A stretch of 64,000 nucleotides of DNA from an uncultured virus (IMG/VR IMGVR_UViG_3300042691_034547) (IMGVR_UViG_3300042691_034547), one strand, 5' to 3'; positions 1 through 10,801 are shown, numbered from the stretch's first letter. The notes: generated by a model not told the origin, from the letters alone. A program made the numbers and translations.

Positions 1-29
1 ACTTAGAAAGAAACAGGAGAAAACTAGAA

Positions 30-911
30 ATGGCGTTTAGAGGAATCTATCCAGCACCAGATTTGGTTCAAGCACCTTGCGGACTTCTAAGTGTCGCTCG
101 GGTTATGACACATACATCAGCAAACTACGACGAGCGTTGGGTTCGTGGTTTTAGCTATGAGTTTGATTCACAACCCGAGGTAGAACTTTTCACAGTTAAT
201 GATGCAGCTGTGACAGGTGGAACTGTTGGAACATCTACACTTCCACAGTTTAAAGAGTACGATCCGTTCTTTATTCAAGTAACAGACACTCGTTCATATT
301 TTGGCATCAATGGGGAAGATCGTTTTGCAATTGCAAAAGCACAGCTAGAAGTAGCAACACAGAAAGCAGTAGAGCTCGAGCTTTGGGAAGGCGTAGCAGC
401 AACTGCAGAGACAAACGGAAATGATTTTCTAAGGGAAACAGGAGTAGCAACCGTTGTAAACAGCGGTGCATTAGCTCCAGCAACAGCACTTATGCTGTTA
501 GAACAAGCGATTTCTTCATCACCAGCAGGTATCAACGGAGTCATTCATATGACCCGCGATGTTGCGTCAATCCTCGGATCCCGCATCATCTATTTGCCAG
601 CAGATGGAGGAAAAACAGGTAAGGCAATGACTCGTTTAGGAACTGAAGTCGTAATTGGCTCTGGTTACACAGGTGCTGGTCGTCTAACAGACGCTAACAC
701 CACAGCATCTGCTTCAAATAAGTGGATGTTTGCAACAGGACCAGTCGATGTACACCTAAGCAAGATCGAAATCGTAAATGAGAATCTTGGTCAAGGTGCA
801 ACTGTAAGCACAAACACAAATGACTTAACAGTCAAAGCTGTTCGTGCAGCAGCGGTATACTTTGATCCAAGTATCTTCTACACAATTCGTTTAGCACTAC
901 CTACAACCTAG
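30..911 (+). CDS. Putative capsid protein (resembles the major capsid pentamer type of cluster-B-like actinophages)
   Basis: 293 aa, AGGAG RBS, directly upstream of the major tail gene; N-terminal P-x-GLLSVA...RW-x-x-G-x-x-Y pattern recalled from such proteins. Confidence 0.5.
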   Translation: MAFRGIYPAPDLVQAPCGLLSVARVMTHTSANYDERWVRGFSYEFDSQPEVELFTVNDAAVTGGTVGTSTLPQFKEYDPFFIQVTDTRSYFGINGEDRFAIAKAQLEVATQKAVELELWEGVAATAETNGNDFLRETGVATVVNSGALAPATALMLLEQAISSSPAGINGVIHMTRDVASILGSRIIYLPADGGKTGKAMTRLGTEVVIGSGYTGAGRLTDANTTASASNKWMFATGPVDVHLSKIEIVNENLGQGATVSTNTNDLTVKAVRAAAVYFDPSIFYTIRLALPTT

Positions 912-939
912 TAACAAATAACCAAAGGAGAACACTGGA

Positions 940-1989
940 ATGGCCACTCAGGACTTTGCGGCTAGCGTCCAAGGTGTGGCGATCCGAGTCACCAGACTGG
1001 ACGCCGCTGGAAATCTGCTCAATGGAGCGGGAGACAGCTATACAACCTCGGCGTTCCTCCGCGCTTCCTTCACCCCTGAATATGAAGAGGGTGACGAAAT
1101 TGTTGAGAAGTCAGCAGACGGTACTGTATGTGTATCATACAAAGCCCCTGACACCCTCAAGCGCATTACAATGGAACTCGCAATTTGCGAACCAGATACA
1201 GAACTTTCACAACTACTCTCTGGCGGCTTGCTACTCCGAAAGAACTTCGGAAGCTTTGCATCCCCACAGAACAAGTCAATCGGTTGGGCCGCACCATCCG
1301 TTGGCGACGACCCAACAGGTAACGGCGTAGCACTAGAAGTGTGGTCATTTGCTGTAGCAGATGGTCGCCGTACAGCAACCAACCCTTACTTCCACTGGGT
1401 ATTCCCATACGCAAAGCTTCGCCAAAGCGGAGACCGCGTAATTGAAAACGGAATGCTTGCAACCACATTCGAAGGCTACGGCTTAGGCAATGTTAGCTTC
1501 GGAGCTGGTTTAGATGGTCGTTGGGAGTTCCCAGTAGCAACTGAGCGTTCATACTCATATGCTCGTGCTTCATGGGCACCATCAGGTCTAAAGGGCTTCT
1601 ATCGCTGGTTTGACGAGTCTACAAAGACCGTTACCAACAAGGCTCTTACATCAAATGTTGCGACCCTAACAACAGGTTCAGCACACGGATTCGAGGTAGG
1701 TCAGAGCGTGACAGTAAGCGGAGTTGATTCAACATTCAACGGAACTTACACAATCACAGCTGTACCAACTACAACAACATTCCGTTATGCAAAGCCAGAC
1801 ACTGGAGATGTAACATCTGCAGCTGTTAGCCCAGCTGGATCAGTACTTCGTAATCGCGGATACCTTGCAGTATCAGACTTCGCCTCACAAGGCTCAACAT
1901 CTGCATACAATGTTCCAGGTAATACCGATTACAACGCAGACAATGCAATTGACTTCATCATTGCGTCGACTGAGGATCCAACCGCTTAA
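940..1989 (+). CDS. Major tail (tube) protein with a C-terminal AHG beta-repeat (E1-FCCH-like) domain
   Basis: SVQGVAIRVTRLD N-terminus typical of actinophage tail tube proteins; position; TTGSAHGFEVGQSVTVSG...FNGTYTIT module. Confidence 0.8.
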   Translation: MATQDFAASVQGVAIRVTRLDAAGNLLNGAGDSYTTSAFLRASFTPEYEEGDEIVEKSADGTVCVSYKAPDTLKRITMELAICEPDTELSQLLSGGLLLRKNFGSFASPQNKSIGWAAPSVGDDPTGNGVALEVWSFAVADGRRTATNPYFHWVFPYAKLRQSGDRVIENGMLATTFEGYGLGNVSFGAGLDGRWEFPVATERSYSYARASWAPSGLKGFYRWFDESTKTVTNKALTSNVATLTTGSAHGFEVGQSVTVSGVDSTFNGTYTITAVPTTTTFRYAKPDTGDVTSAAVSPAGSVLRNRGYLAVSDFASQGSTSAYNVPGNTDYNADNAIDFIIASTEDPTA

Positions 1990-1994
1990 TTCCA

Positions 1995-2051
1995 TAAGAA
2001 GGGCGGGCATGAGCCGATGTTTACACTACGGTCTTGTGCCCGCCTTACTTA
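1995..2051 (+). terminator. GC-rich stem-loop after the major tail gene (terminator or processing site)
   Basis: GGGCGGGCATGAGCCG (2001-2016) pairs with CGGTCTTGTGCCCGCCT (2029-2045) using GU pairs and one bulge; no long U-run. Confidence 0.65.
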
Positions 2052-2071
2052 CTTAGAGACGAGGTGATTTC

Positions 2072-3208
2072 ATGAGTAACCTATGGGTAACACCAGAAGA
2101 GTTAAGCACCCCTTCGTCTGATTATGCTTATGAGGCTTGTAAGACAGCTTCTTATCTACTCTGGGCCATGTCTGGCCGTAAATACAGTGGAATTACAACT
2201 GTTACAGAGCGTTATGTCTCTTCTTATGATCCATACCTTCGTTCAGGTGGATCTAGCCTTACCTACACACCAGTTCTAGTGGATGGCAATGTTGTAAATA
2301 TTGCTTCTGGTGGATTTAATCGTTATGCAGATGATGACTTTCAGGGTGATGGAACATCTGCCAATTCTAGAGTTCGTCTTCGTGGTCGCAAAGTAATCAG
2401 GGTTCATACTCTTCGTGATCTTGATGGAAATATTATTGACCCAAGTAAGTATTATTTATCAGACCACTCAACCATTCTTGGCGTACCAGGAGCTGGCTGG
2501 TCTCCTTCTCAAGTAGAAGTTACTTACACCTATGGAACTGAGCCACCAACAGCTGGTCGTGCTGCAGCAAGACTCCTTGCCTCTGAGCTAGTAAAGCTCT
2601 ATGAAGGTGATGATACCTGTGCTTTGCCACAAAGAGTTACTGCCGTATCTCGCCAAGGTGTTTCTTACACAATCCTTGATAATCAAGATTTCATTGATGA
2701 ACTTAAAACTGGTCTTTACGCAGTAGATCTTTTCCTCAAGACTGCTAATCCAGATAAAGCTCGTGCTCGTGCTCGTGTCTTTAGCCCAGACCAACCTCGT
2801 GCACGCCGTATTACTGGCGCATCTCCTCTTTACCCACTTAGCGCATTTGATATTTATGTAACAGCTGATGGTGCATCTAATCTTTATTATTTCTCAGAAA
2901 TCAATGCTGACTTCCTTGACGGAAGCAATGCTTGGACTATACAAATTGATTTTTCAGATATAAACAACAATAAAACAGTAGAGATACCAAGCGCAGCTGT
3001 AATAGATAGAGTTGCAAATACAATCAGACTTAGCTGCACATACAAGCAAGCTTTAGATGTAATAGGTCCTCGTGATCCAGGTATTCTAGATATGTATGCT
3101 GTAAGACCAAGCCTTGGAAACCCAGCGGTAGAAGAAGTTGTTCATTTAGTTTCAAGCAATATCATCACTCATCTCGGTGAGAGAACTATTCCAATATATA
3201 CTGTGTAA
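2072..3208 (+). CDS. Head-to-tail adaptor with a C-terminal extension
   Basis: AS-x-LLWAMSGR, VEVTYTYG, C-x-LP-x-RVT-x-VSRQGV and TGL-x-x-VD motifs; position. Confidence 0.7.
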   Translation: MSNLWVTPEELSTPSSDYAYEACKTASYLLWAMSGRKYSGITTVTERYVSSYDPYLRSGGSSLTYTPVLVDGNVVNIASGGFNRYADDDFQGDGTSANSRVRLRGRKVIRVHTLRDLDGNIIDPSKYYLSDHSTILGVPGAGWSPSQVEVTYTYGTEPPTAGRAAARLLASELVKLYEGDDTCALPQRVTAVSRQGVSYTILDNQDFIDELKTGLYAVDLFLKTANPDKARARARVFSPDQPRARRITGASPLYPLSAFDIYVTADGASNLYYFSEINADFLDGSNAWTIQIDFSDINNNKTVEIPSAAVIDRVANTIRLSCTYKQALDVIGPRDPGILDMYAVRPSLGNPAVEEVVHLVSSNIITHLGERTIPIYTV

Positions 3209-3235
3209 TTGTAGAACCAAGAGACAAGAGGACAA

Positions 3236-3742
3236 ATGGGCTTAGAAGTAAATCCAGCAACAGTATCTGCAGATGCTAAAAATTTAGCTAATCTTATGCA
3301 AGGTGTACTGGATGCAGTCATAGCATCATACACTTCATACACAATGCCTCTACCTGGCCGCAGGTATTGGACTTTAGGAACACCTGCAGTTGATTGCGAA
3401 CAAGTTGTAGTTTCTATGTTGCAAATGTATATTGGTAGTCCAGGAGATGAAGCAACTACTCCTCGTCGCTGCAATGACCCAAGATCTGCAACTTTATTAG
3501 TTCAAGTTTCTCGTGAGGTTCCTACTGTAGGACAGAACGGTAGAGCACCGTCAGCTGATGCAATTCAAGATGCTTCCGAAATATCAGCGTATGACGCATG
3601 GATTCTGTTGGATAGCGCAAGAGAGTTGGATCGTTGGGATCCAGCAAATTTTGGTCTTGGCGTTATTGCAACAGTAGAAACCAATGCCCCAGAAGGCGGG
3701 TTTCAAACCGTAACTATGACTATAACCGTGGCGGTTCCGTAA
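3236..3742 (+). CDS. Putative tail terminator / neck protein
   Basis: 168 aa in the head-tail joining region; PAVDC and PEGG motifs. Confidence 0.5.
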   Translation: MGLEVNPATVSADAKNLANLMQGVLDAVIASYTSYTMPLPGRRYWTLGTPAVDCEQVVVSMLQMYIGSPGDEATTPRRCNDPRSATLLVQVSREVPTVGQNGRAPSADAIQDASEISAYDAWILLDSARELDRWDPANFGLGVIATVETNAPEGGFQTVTMTITVAVP

Positions 3743-4125
3743 TGGTTAGAGTAGTAATTTACGATTCAACTTTAGACAATCTTCTAAACAATCCTAATGG
3801 TGATGTTGGAAGATTTCTAAAAAATAAAGGAAGAGAAATTCTTACTATGGCTAGATCTTTAGTCGGAGTAAGAACTGGAAAACTTCGAGCATCTCTTCAT
3901 ATGAGACATATGAGAGATTCAAGAGGTCAATATGTCTGGGTAGGTTCTACTTTAGATTATGCGTTAGCGCACCATGAAGGTACTGGACCTAGAACCATTG
4001 TTCCAAAAAGTGGAAAAATGCTTAGGTTTGCCTCTCGTGGTCGGATTGTTTACACCCATTCGGTGCAACATCCAGGCACTAAAGCAAATAAATATTTAAG
4101 TAACGCCTTAAGAGCCAAGATATAA
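3742..4125 (+). CDS. HK97 gp10-like neck protein
   Basis: Start reassigned to the ATG at 3742 (TAATG coupling); VRTGKLRAS, YALAHHEGT and HPGT motifs. Confidence 0.7.
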   Translation: MVRVVIYDSTLDNLLNNPNGDVGRFLKNKGREILTMARSLVGVRTGKLRASLHMRHMRDSRGQYVWVGSTLDYALAHHEGTGPRTIVPKSGKMLRFASRGRIVYTHSVQHPGTKANKYLSNALRAKI

Positions 4126-4153
4126 TTAAACCAACGACAGATAAGGAAAACTG

Positions 4154-4504
4154 ATGACAACACGATTCAAAGATTTTGGATCAGGCGAAGGAGTAAATTC
4201 CGAGCCAATTTCTTTCAAACTACATGGAGAAACTTTCGAATGTGTAAAGAATCTTCAAGGTAGCGTAATTCTTGATATTGCAGCTAAAGCTGGAAGTGGA
4301 AACAGCGCAGATGCAGTTGATACTGTAAAAGATGTATTTTCTAAAGCTCTTACAAAAGAGAGCTATGTGCGATTCTCTGCACTGATCGAAGACCCAGAAA
4401 AAATTGTGAATGTGGAAACACTAGGAGCAATTACAGGATGGCTAGTAGAACAGTATTCAGGCCGCCCTACGCAGGGGCCAGAGCAATCGCTGAGTGGGCA
4501 GTAG
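4154..4504 (+). CDS. Tail assembly chaperone (gpG-like)
   Basis: 116 aa, two ORFs upstream of the tape measure gene; ends ...GRPT... Confidence 0.75.
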   Translation: MTTRFKDFGSGEGVNSEPISFKLHGETFECVKNLQGSVILDIAAKAGSGNSADAVDTVKDVFSKALTKESYVRFSALIEDPEKIVNVETLGAITGWLVEQYSGRPTQGPEQSLSGQ

Positions 4505-4869
4505 AACTCTGGCCGTATCTGAATGGAAAAGCACTAGTGAGCGGACTAAAACTAACTGAAATGGATATGTCAGACATGCTTGATGTCTTGCATTATTACA
4601 TGGAAGAAGATTTTAGAGTTGATTCTGCAGAACAAGCAGAAGCTCGTGACAAATCTAGAGCTGTTCTATATAAACTCGTCTATGACAGAGAGTTTAAGTT
4701 TGGACAAAAAAGTTACTCAAGACCAACAGCTTCTGGTTTTGAAGATGACCCTATTGTTCCTGTGGACCCTACACAAGAGCCCACAAAGTCCTATTTCCCA
4801 CCAACGGACTTCAATCCAGATCTAATCAAACCATTCGGAGAAAATTTAGATTCTCCACTTGAGCACTAG
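4462..4869 (+). CDS. -1 frame extension of the tail assembly chaperone (gpGT-like)
   Basis: Overlapping ORF in the -1 frame relative to 4154..4504, ending just before the tape measure gene; start coordinate set at the proposed shift site. Confidence 0.65.
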   Translation, partial: PPYAGARAIAEWAVELWPYLNGKALVSGLKLTEMDMSDMLDVLHYYMEEDFRVDSAEQAEARDKSRAVLYKLVYDREFKFGQKSYSRPTASGFEDDPIVPVDPTQEPTKSYFPPTDFNPDLIKPFGENLDSPLEH

Positions 4870-4880
4870 GAGGTGATGGC

Positions 4881-7800
4881 ATGGCAGTTGTAGGTGAAGC
4901 ATCGGTAATTGTTCGTGCCATTACCACTGGTGTTAAAAATGATATTCAAAGAGCATTTGATGGTGCTGATCGCATTGGCGAAAGAGCAGGTACAGATGCT
5001 GGAGCTGGATTTTCTAGAGGATTTAATAGAAGCAGAGGAGATGTTGCTTCTCTCTTTGGTAAATCTTTATCTCAAGGAGATGTAGATAGATTTACAGCGG
5101 CACGACAGCAGTTCTTATCTTTAGCTCGAGTTGGTTACACATTAGCTGCTAGCTTAACTGCTCTTGGCGGAATTATTGGATCTGTAGTTGGAGGTATTGG
5201 TTCTTTAGCTGCTATAGCAGCTGGTGCTACACCTGCCTTATTAGGGTTATCTGGTGCATTTTTAGCAGTAGCAGCATCGGCAGCAGTTCTTAGAGCTGCA
5301 TTCGGTGGAGTAACAGAAGCTATACAAGCTGGGGCAAAAGTTGGACAAAATGCTGCAGCTCAAGCTGCACAAATTAAAGCAGCTACAGACAGAGCAAATG
5401 ATGCTTTATATAACTACAACCAAACTTTAGTAGAGAATGCAAAACGAAAGAAAGAAGCTATAGAAGCAGAATCAGATGCTTCTCAAGCAGTAGCAGATGC
5501 TGCTATTGCATCAGAAAGAGCTGAAAGAGCATACAGAGACGCTGTATCAAATACAGAAAAAGCTTTAGAACAAGTAACAAAAGCTCGTGAAGATGCTAAA
5601 GAAGCGATTCAACAACTTCGATTTGAGCTTGAAGGTGGAGTTATTTCTGAAAAGAAAGCTCGCCTTGAGTTTGAAAAAGCCCGTGACTCTCTCCAAAGAG
5701 TTCAAGATCTTCCACCTAACTCCCGTGCTCGTCGTGAAGCTGAGCTTGCATTTGCTGAAGCAGACCTCAATCTTCGTAAGGCAATTGATAGAAATAATGA
5801 TCTTCGCAAAGCAAATGCAAAAGCTAATCGTGAAGGCGTAGATGGTAATGAAAGAGTTGTAGCTGCCCAAGAACGCCTTGTCCAAGCTCAACAAAACGAA
5901 TCTGACGCTCAAATAGATGCAGCTAGGTCTGTTATATCTTATAAGGAAGCAATAGAAGATTTAAATGCGGCTAGAGAAAGAGCAATTGATGGCGGAGAAG
6001 TTGACAAGCAAAATGCAAGAGAATTAGAGCTTGCATATAGAGAACTTAAAAACGCTCAGGATGCCTTAGCTGAAGCAAAGAAACCACAAGGTATAGATGA
6101 ATTTGCAGCTGCTTTAGATAAACTTTCTCCAGCCGCTCAAGACTTTGTTAAATACATTCTTAGTCTTAAAGAAGCTTTTGAAGAACTTCGTAAAAAACTT
6201 CAAGAAGCTTTCTTCCCTAAGTTTACAGAAGCCATAAAACTTCTTTATGAAACATACTTTGCACCAGGTGCTCCAGCTAATCTTGAAGAAGCTCTAATAA
6301 GACTTGCTGCAAAACTTGGAGAACTATCCAAGCTATTTGCAGATACATTTAGCGAACCAGGTAAAGCTCAAGAAGTAAAAGAAATATTTGAATCGTTTAC
6401 TCCTATAGTTGATGCTCTTGGTAAAGCTTTCATTGCTTTGTCTTCCGCATTTGTTGCTTTACAGTCAGCATTTATACCTTACACAATTGAGTTTGCTCAG
6501 TTTATTCAGAAAAAAGCTGAAGCACTTGAAAAGACTATAGCTCTAAAGAAAGAAACTGGAGAGCTAGCTACAATATTTAAAGACTCTACCGATATTGTAA
6601 GAGGTCTAGGCGAAGCCATTGGAAACACATTTAGTGCTCTTGGCACAATTATTGCAGCTTCAATAGGGCCAGGAAGCTCTGGAGAGTACTTTATAACTTG
6701 GCTAAAAGATATAACTAAAGGCTGGGAAGACACAACTAAGGCTCTTAGCGAAAGTGGAGACCTTCAAAAGTTCCTTCTACAGCTTACACAAAACTTTACT
6801 CTTCTTTTAGAAGTAATCGGTCTTATTGCTTTAGGTTTAATAGAAATTGCTGCTGCACCAGGTTTTGGCGAATTTTTAACTTCTTTAAAAGAAGCGGTTA
6901 TCATATTTAATGAAATAGGTTTGACTCTTTCTCAAGAAGGCGGAGCCTTAAGTGCTTTAGGCGAGCTTATTGTTGCTATTGCAAAATTAACTGCAGTAAT
7001 CACTAGCTCTGAAGCCATAGTTATATTCTTTAGAACTCTAACAACTCTTATTGAAGGACTAGTTTTCTTATTAGACAACCCATTCGGTAAAGCTCTTCTA
7101 ACTGTTACTGGAACTTTACTTGCCTTCAGTGCTGCAGGTGGTTTAGCTTTTAAAGCTGTTACATTTTATGGAAATGCTGTTGGTGGAGCTTTGCTTAATA
7201 TAACTAAATTTATAGATGTTGGTCTTCGCGGTATTGGTATTTGGTCTGGTCCAGCTACAAAAGCAGTATTAGCACTTAGACAAGAACTTGTATTCTTAAC
7301 ATACGGCCTTGATTTTGTAAGCAAGAGATTCTTACTTGTTGGCGGAATAGTTACAGGAGTTATTGCTCTGCTTGTTATAATTTATGCAAGTAGCGAGAAG
7401 TTAAGAAAAGCTCTCAGCCAACTAGGTTCGGAAGTTTTAAAAGAACTACAAAAAGCTTGGACCGAAATAAAAACAGCTATAGATCAGCTGCTAGAGCCTC
7501 TTGGTGGAGTTTCTAATATCTTTAGAATATTAGGAGACATTCTTGCTGTAACTATAGTTCCTTTACTTAAGTTTACATTAATAGCAGCTATTAATATAAT
7601 CAAAGAATCTATTTTAGGATTTATAAGTGTAATTCAGAATGTAGTAGATAAATGGAATACACTTAAATCAACTGCAGAAACTGTATTCAATAAACTTAAA
7701 GAAATATTCGGCAAAATAGGAGATTTAAGTATTGGGGATATTTTTGCTGGTCTAAAAAATAGTTTTAAAAGTGCAATTAACTATGTTATTGATGGTTGGA

Positions 7801-8165
7801 ATAAATTAGAATTTAAATTTGACGGATGGGACGCAGTAAAAGCAGGTAAGATAACTATTATTCCAGCTTTTAGTGGATTTACTATAGGAACTCCAAACAT
7901 TCCTCGCCTTGCTGAAGGTGGAATTGTTATGCCTAGTGATAAAGGAACTCTAGCTCTTTTAGCAGAAGCTGGGCGTCCAGAGCGTATAGAGCCTTTAGAT
8001 TCTCAAGGACTATCAGCTAGAGATAGAGCAATGATTGAACTTCTTGCAGGAGATTCAAGAGGAATTCAAATAACTATTAACCCATCTGCTGGAATGGATG
8101 AGCGTGAACTTGCAAATCTAGTTTCTCGTCAACTTGCTTTCCAACTTCGTAAAGGAGCCGCGTAA
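4881..8165 (+). CDS. Tape measure protein
   Basis: 1094 aa, Ala/Leu-rich helical, long coiled coil, hydrophobic stretches, C-terminal IPRLAEGGIV...AEAGRPE motif. Confidence 0.92.
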   Translation: MAVVGEASVIVRAITTGVKNDIQRAFDGADRIGERAGTDAGAGFSRGFNRSRGDVASLFGKSLSQGDVDRFTAARQQFLSLARVGYTLAASLTALGGIIGSVVGGIGSLAAIAAGATPALLGLSGAFLAVAASAAVLRAAFGGVTEAIQAGAKVGQNAAAQAAQIKAATDRANDALYNYNQTLVENAKRKKEAIEAESDASQAVADAAIASERAERAYRDAVSNTEKALEQVTKAREDAKEAIQQLRFELEGGVISEKKARLEFEKARDSLQRVQDLPPNSRARREAELAFAEADLNLRKAIDRNNDLRKANAKANREGVDGNERVVAAQERLVQAQQNESDAQIDAARSVISYKEAIEDLNAARERAIDGGEVDKQNARELELAYRELKNAQDALAEAKKPQGIDEFAAALDKLSPAAQDFVKYILSLKEAFEELRKKLQEAFFPKFTEAIKLLYETYFAPGAPANLEEALIRLAAKLGELSKLFADTFSEPGKAQEVKEIFESFTPIVDALGKAFIALSSAFVALQSAFIPYTIEFAQFIQKKAEALEKTIALKKETGELATIFKDSTDIVRGLGEAIGNTFSALGTIIAASIGPGSSGEYFITWLKDITKGWEDTTKALSESGDLQKFLLQLTQNFTLLLEVIGLIALGLIEIAAAPGFGEFLTSLKEAVIIFNEIGLTLSQEGGALSALGELIVAIAKLTAVITSSEAIVIFFRTLTTLIEGLVFLLDNPFGKALLTVTGTLLAFSAAGGLAFKAVTFYGNAVGGALLNITKFIDVGLRGIGIWSGPATKAVLALRQELVFLTYGLDFVSKRFLLVGGIVTGVIALLVIIYASSEKLRKALSQLGSEVLKELQKAWTEIKTAIDQLLEPLGGVSNIFRILGDILAVTIVPLLKFTLIAAINIIKESILGFISVIQNVVDKWNTLKSTAETVFNKLKEIFGKIGDLSIGDIFAGLKNSFKSAINYVIDGWNKLEFKFDGWDAVKAGKITIIPAFSGFTIGTPNIPRLAEGGIVMPSDKGTLALLAEAGRPERIEPLDSQGLSARDRAMIELLAGDSRGIQITINPSAGMDERELANLVSRQLAFQLRKGAA

Positions 8166-10789
8166 TGGCCGAAGTTTATAATCGCTCTCAAGAGAACGCT
8201 ATTGTAAATAAATCTCTTACCAATCTTCCTTTCCCGCATCTAACTGGTATGAAGTTGCAAGGCGATATTGCCTTGGGAGATTTTCTTTTTAATACTATTG
8301 ATGAGTATGGCGTAATTTGGGTAATCACAGATATTGAAGGCTGGTGGCAGCACCCAGAACCAATCATGCCTGATATTCCTCGTGGTTTTGGAGATGGTTC
8401 GTATGACATCAAAGGTCGTTATAACGCTCGAATAGTTAATTTGACTGGTACCTTTTTAACTCCAACTCCAGATCTAGTTGAAGCAGCTCGTGACCGCCTT
8501 ATTGCAGCAACAAACCTTGTTTACAGAGGAGCTTGGCTTAAGACTGGAATCGAGTCAGATAATAAAAGATCTTCATTTGTAAGACTTAGTGGAGCTCCTC
8601 AAATAACAACAGCAAACGCAAGAGGACGCACTAATTTCTCAATAGGACTAAAAGCAGCAGACCCAATCAAATATGCATGGAATGACTCTGATCCAGATGG
8701 ATATGAGCGTGTGGAAATCCCAGCAACAAACAGAACTACTGGAGCTACTGGAATTGAAACTATAGTAAATATTGGCAATGTTAGCGTACCTGTTAATTTT
8801 GAAATTTCTGGTCCTCTTACAGCTCCAGCTCGTATTTATAACCAAACAACAGATAAACTACTTTATATTGTTTCTTCTCTTCGTGGAAGATTAACTGGTC
8901 GTATTGTTAACAAACAACTTGACTTTGATGAAAATACTTTAGAAGACATAGTAACTCTTACAACCACAACTGCTCATGGGTTCTTACAAGGAGATACTGT
9001 AGAAATAAGCGGTCTTTCTGAGCCAGAGCTTAACGGCGATTTTATTATTACTAGCGTGCCAACCAGCACAACATTTAAATACAGTCTTGCTCCTCTTAAC
9101 CTAGCTATTCAAAAAACAGTTGTTGCAAAAAAGCTTGTAAGCAATGTTGCTACTATTTTTACAAAAGAAGCTCATGGTTTTTCTGTTGGAAATTCTATAT
9201 TCTTAAAAGACATAGATAGCGTATTTAGCGGTACACATACAATAACAACAGTACCAAATTCTACTTCATTTACCTTTGCTAAAGATAGAAGCACGGCTAG
9301 AACTGTTACTGGAGCTACTCTTGTATCAAACATTGCAAGTCTTACAACTAGTGAAGCTCACGGCTTTGTTGAGGGTGAGACTGTAACGATAGCTGGTTTA
9401 GATCAAAACTACAATGGAAGCTACGCAATATCTTCAATACCATCTCTAACCACATTTAATTATTCAAAAACAAGAACAGATGCAAGATCTATCACATCTA
9501 GATCTATGACAAACGATGTTGCAACTATTACTATGAGTGCAGCTCACGGGTTTGTTGTTAATGAAGTTGTTTCTGTGTCTAATATGGATAGAACTGCTAA
9601 TCAATTAGCACTTGACTTTGACAATCCATTTAATGGAACTTTTATAATTAAAAGTCTACCTAGCACTACATCGTTTACATATGATGTCCCAAGACTTTAT
9701 AGTTCAACAGTCACAACAGTAGCTAGATCAGCCAATGAAGCCTCTATAACAGTTGCAGAAAGTATTCAAGCAAGCGTTGGAGATACAATAGTTATACAAG
9801 ATCTAGCTAATACTTCATATAATGGAACTTTTACTGTAAAAGCAGTTCTTAGCAGCACAACATATGTTTTTAGTTCAGCTGGTACAGATGAGTCTCCAAT
9901 AGCTGTAGCTACAGGAAAAGTAAGCCTTGTCTCTATAAGACCTTTTTCTGGAGTAGTTGCTGGTGGAAATTTTGATCTTATTTTTAGTGGAACTCACAAT
10001 TTTATTGTAGGGGAGTCCGTTACTGTAGCTGGTCTTGGATCCAACTATAACGGAACATACACAGTTTTAGATACTCCACAATTTAATGTTATTCGTCTTA
10101 ATGGAGTTGGTAAGCCAGCTATTGACACAAATATTCTTACCCCTCCTATATCTTTAAGAGCAAGAAATGCAAGTACAGTAACTATTACAACATCTGTTGC
10201 TCATAATCTTACAAATGGCCAGTATGTACGAGTAGTTGGTTTAGAAGCAGCTCTTAACGGAACTTGGATTGCCACTGTTACTGGAGCAAATACATTTACC
10301 TACACAACTCCAAGTTCAGGAACTATTGCATCTGGAGCTCCTTCAGGAACTGCATACATACTTGGATCTTCTGTTACAAGATCTAGATCCGTAGCAAGTA
10401 CAAACGACGCTGGCGAAGCTAGAGTTGGTGGAAGCCTTCCTTTTGCTGCATATAGTGGTGGAACTGCAACTATTAATGGAAACATTGTTAATGGAGATGG
10501 CAGCGAAGTTGAAGCCGCTGGTATTGTAGTTAAAAAAGCTAATATACCTTTTACTCCAGGTTTAACTGGTGCAGTAGCAGATTTTGGTCCAGATGTATTA
10601 GAAATAAATACTCTTACCAGAGATGTATTCCTTAACGGCTCATATGAAAATGCCAGAGCAAAACTTGATGTTCTAACAGACTTCTTTTTCTTAGAACCCA
10701 GCAATAATGTCATAGAATTTACCGACGATAAAAACTCAGTCAGTACTGGACTACTTAAGGTATTTTATAGGTCTGGCTGGATAGGTTAA
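8165..10789 (+). CDS. Distal tail (Dit-like) protein with about 7 inserted AHG beta-repeats
   Basis: Follows the tape measure gene; LKAADPIKY motif and C-terminal YRSGWIG; repeated [ST]xAH[GN][FL]xxG[DE]xV modules. Confidence 0.75.
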   Translation: MAEVYNRSQENAIVNKSLTNLPFPHLTGMKLQGDIALGDFLFNTIDEYGVIWVITDIEGWWQHPEPIMPDIPRGFGDGSYDIKGRYNARIVNLTGTFLTPTPDLVEAARDRLIAATNLVYRGAWLKTGIESDNKRSSFVRLSGAPQITTANARGRTNFSIGLKAADPIKYAWNDSDPDGYERVEIPATNRTTGATGIETIVNIGNVSVPVNFEISGPLTAPARIYNQTTDKLLYIVSSLRGRLTGRIVNKQLDFDENTLEDIVTLTTTTAHGFLQGDTVEISGLSEPELNGDFIITSVPTSTTFKYSLAPLNLAIQKTVVAKKLVSNVATIFTKEAHGFSVGNSIFLKDIDSVFSGTHTITTVPNSTSFTFAKDRSTARTVTGATLVSNIASLTTSEAHGFVEGETVTIAGLDQNYNGSYAISSIPSLTTFNYSKTRTDARSITSRSMTNDVATITMSAAHGFVVNEVVSVSNMDRTANQLALDFDNPFNGTFIIKSLPSTTSFTYDVPRLYSSTVTTVARSANEASITVAESIQASVGDTIVIQDLANTSYNGTFTVKAVLSSTTYVFSSAGTDESPIAVATGKVSLVSIRPFSGVVAGGNFDLIFSGTHNFIVGESVTVAGLGSNYNGTYTVLDTPQFNVIRLNGVGKPAIDTNILTPPISLRARNASTVTITTSVAHNLTNGQYVRVVGLEAALNGTWIATVTGANTFTYTTPSSGTIASGAPSGTAYILGSSVTRSRSVASTNDAGEARVGGSLPFAAYSGGTATINGNIVNGDGSEVEAAGIVVKKANIPFTPGLTGAVADFGPDVLEINTLTRDVFLNGSYENARAKLDVLTDFFFLEPSNNVIEFTDDKNSVSTGLLKVFYRSGWIG

Positions 10790-10801
10790 AAGGACTCAAT
10801 A

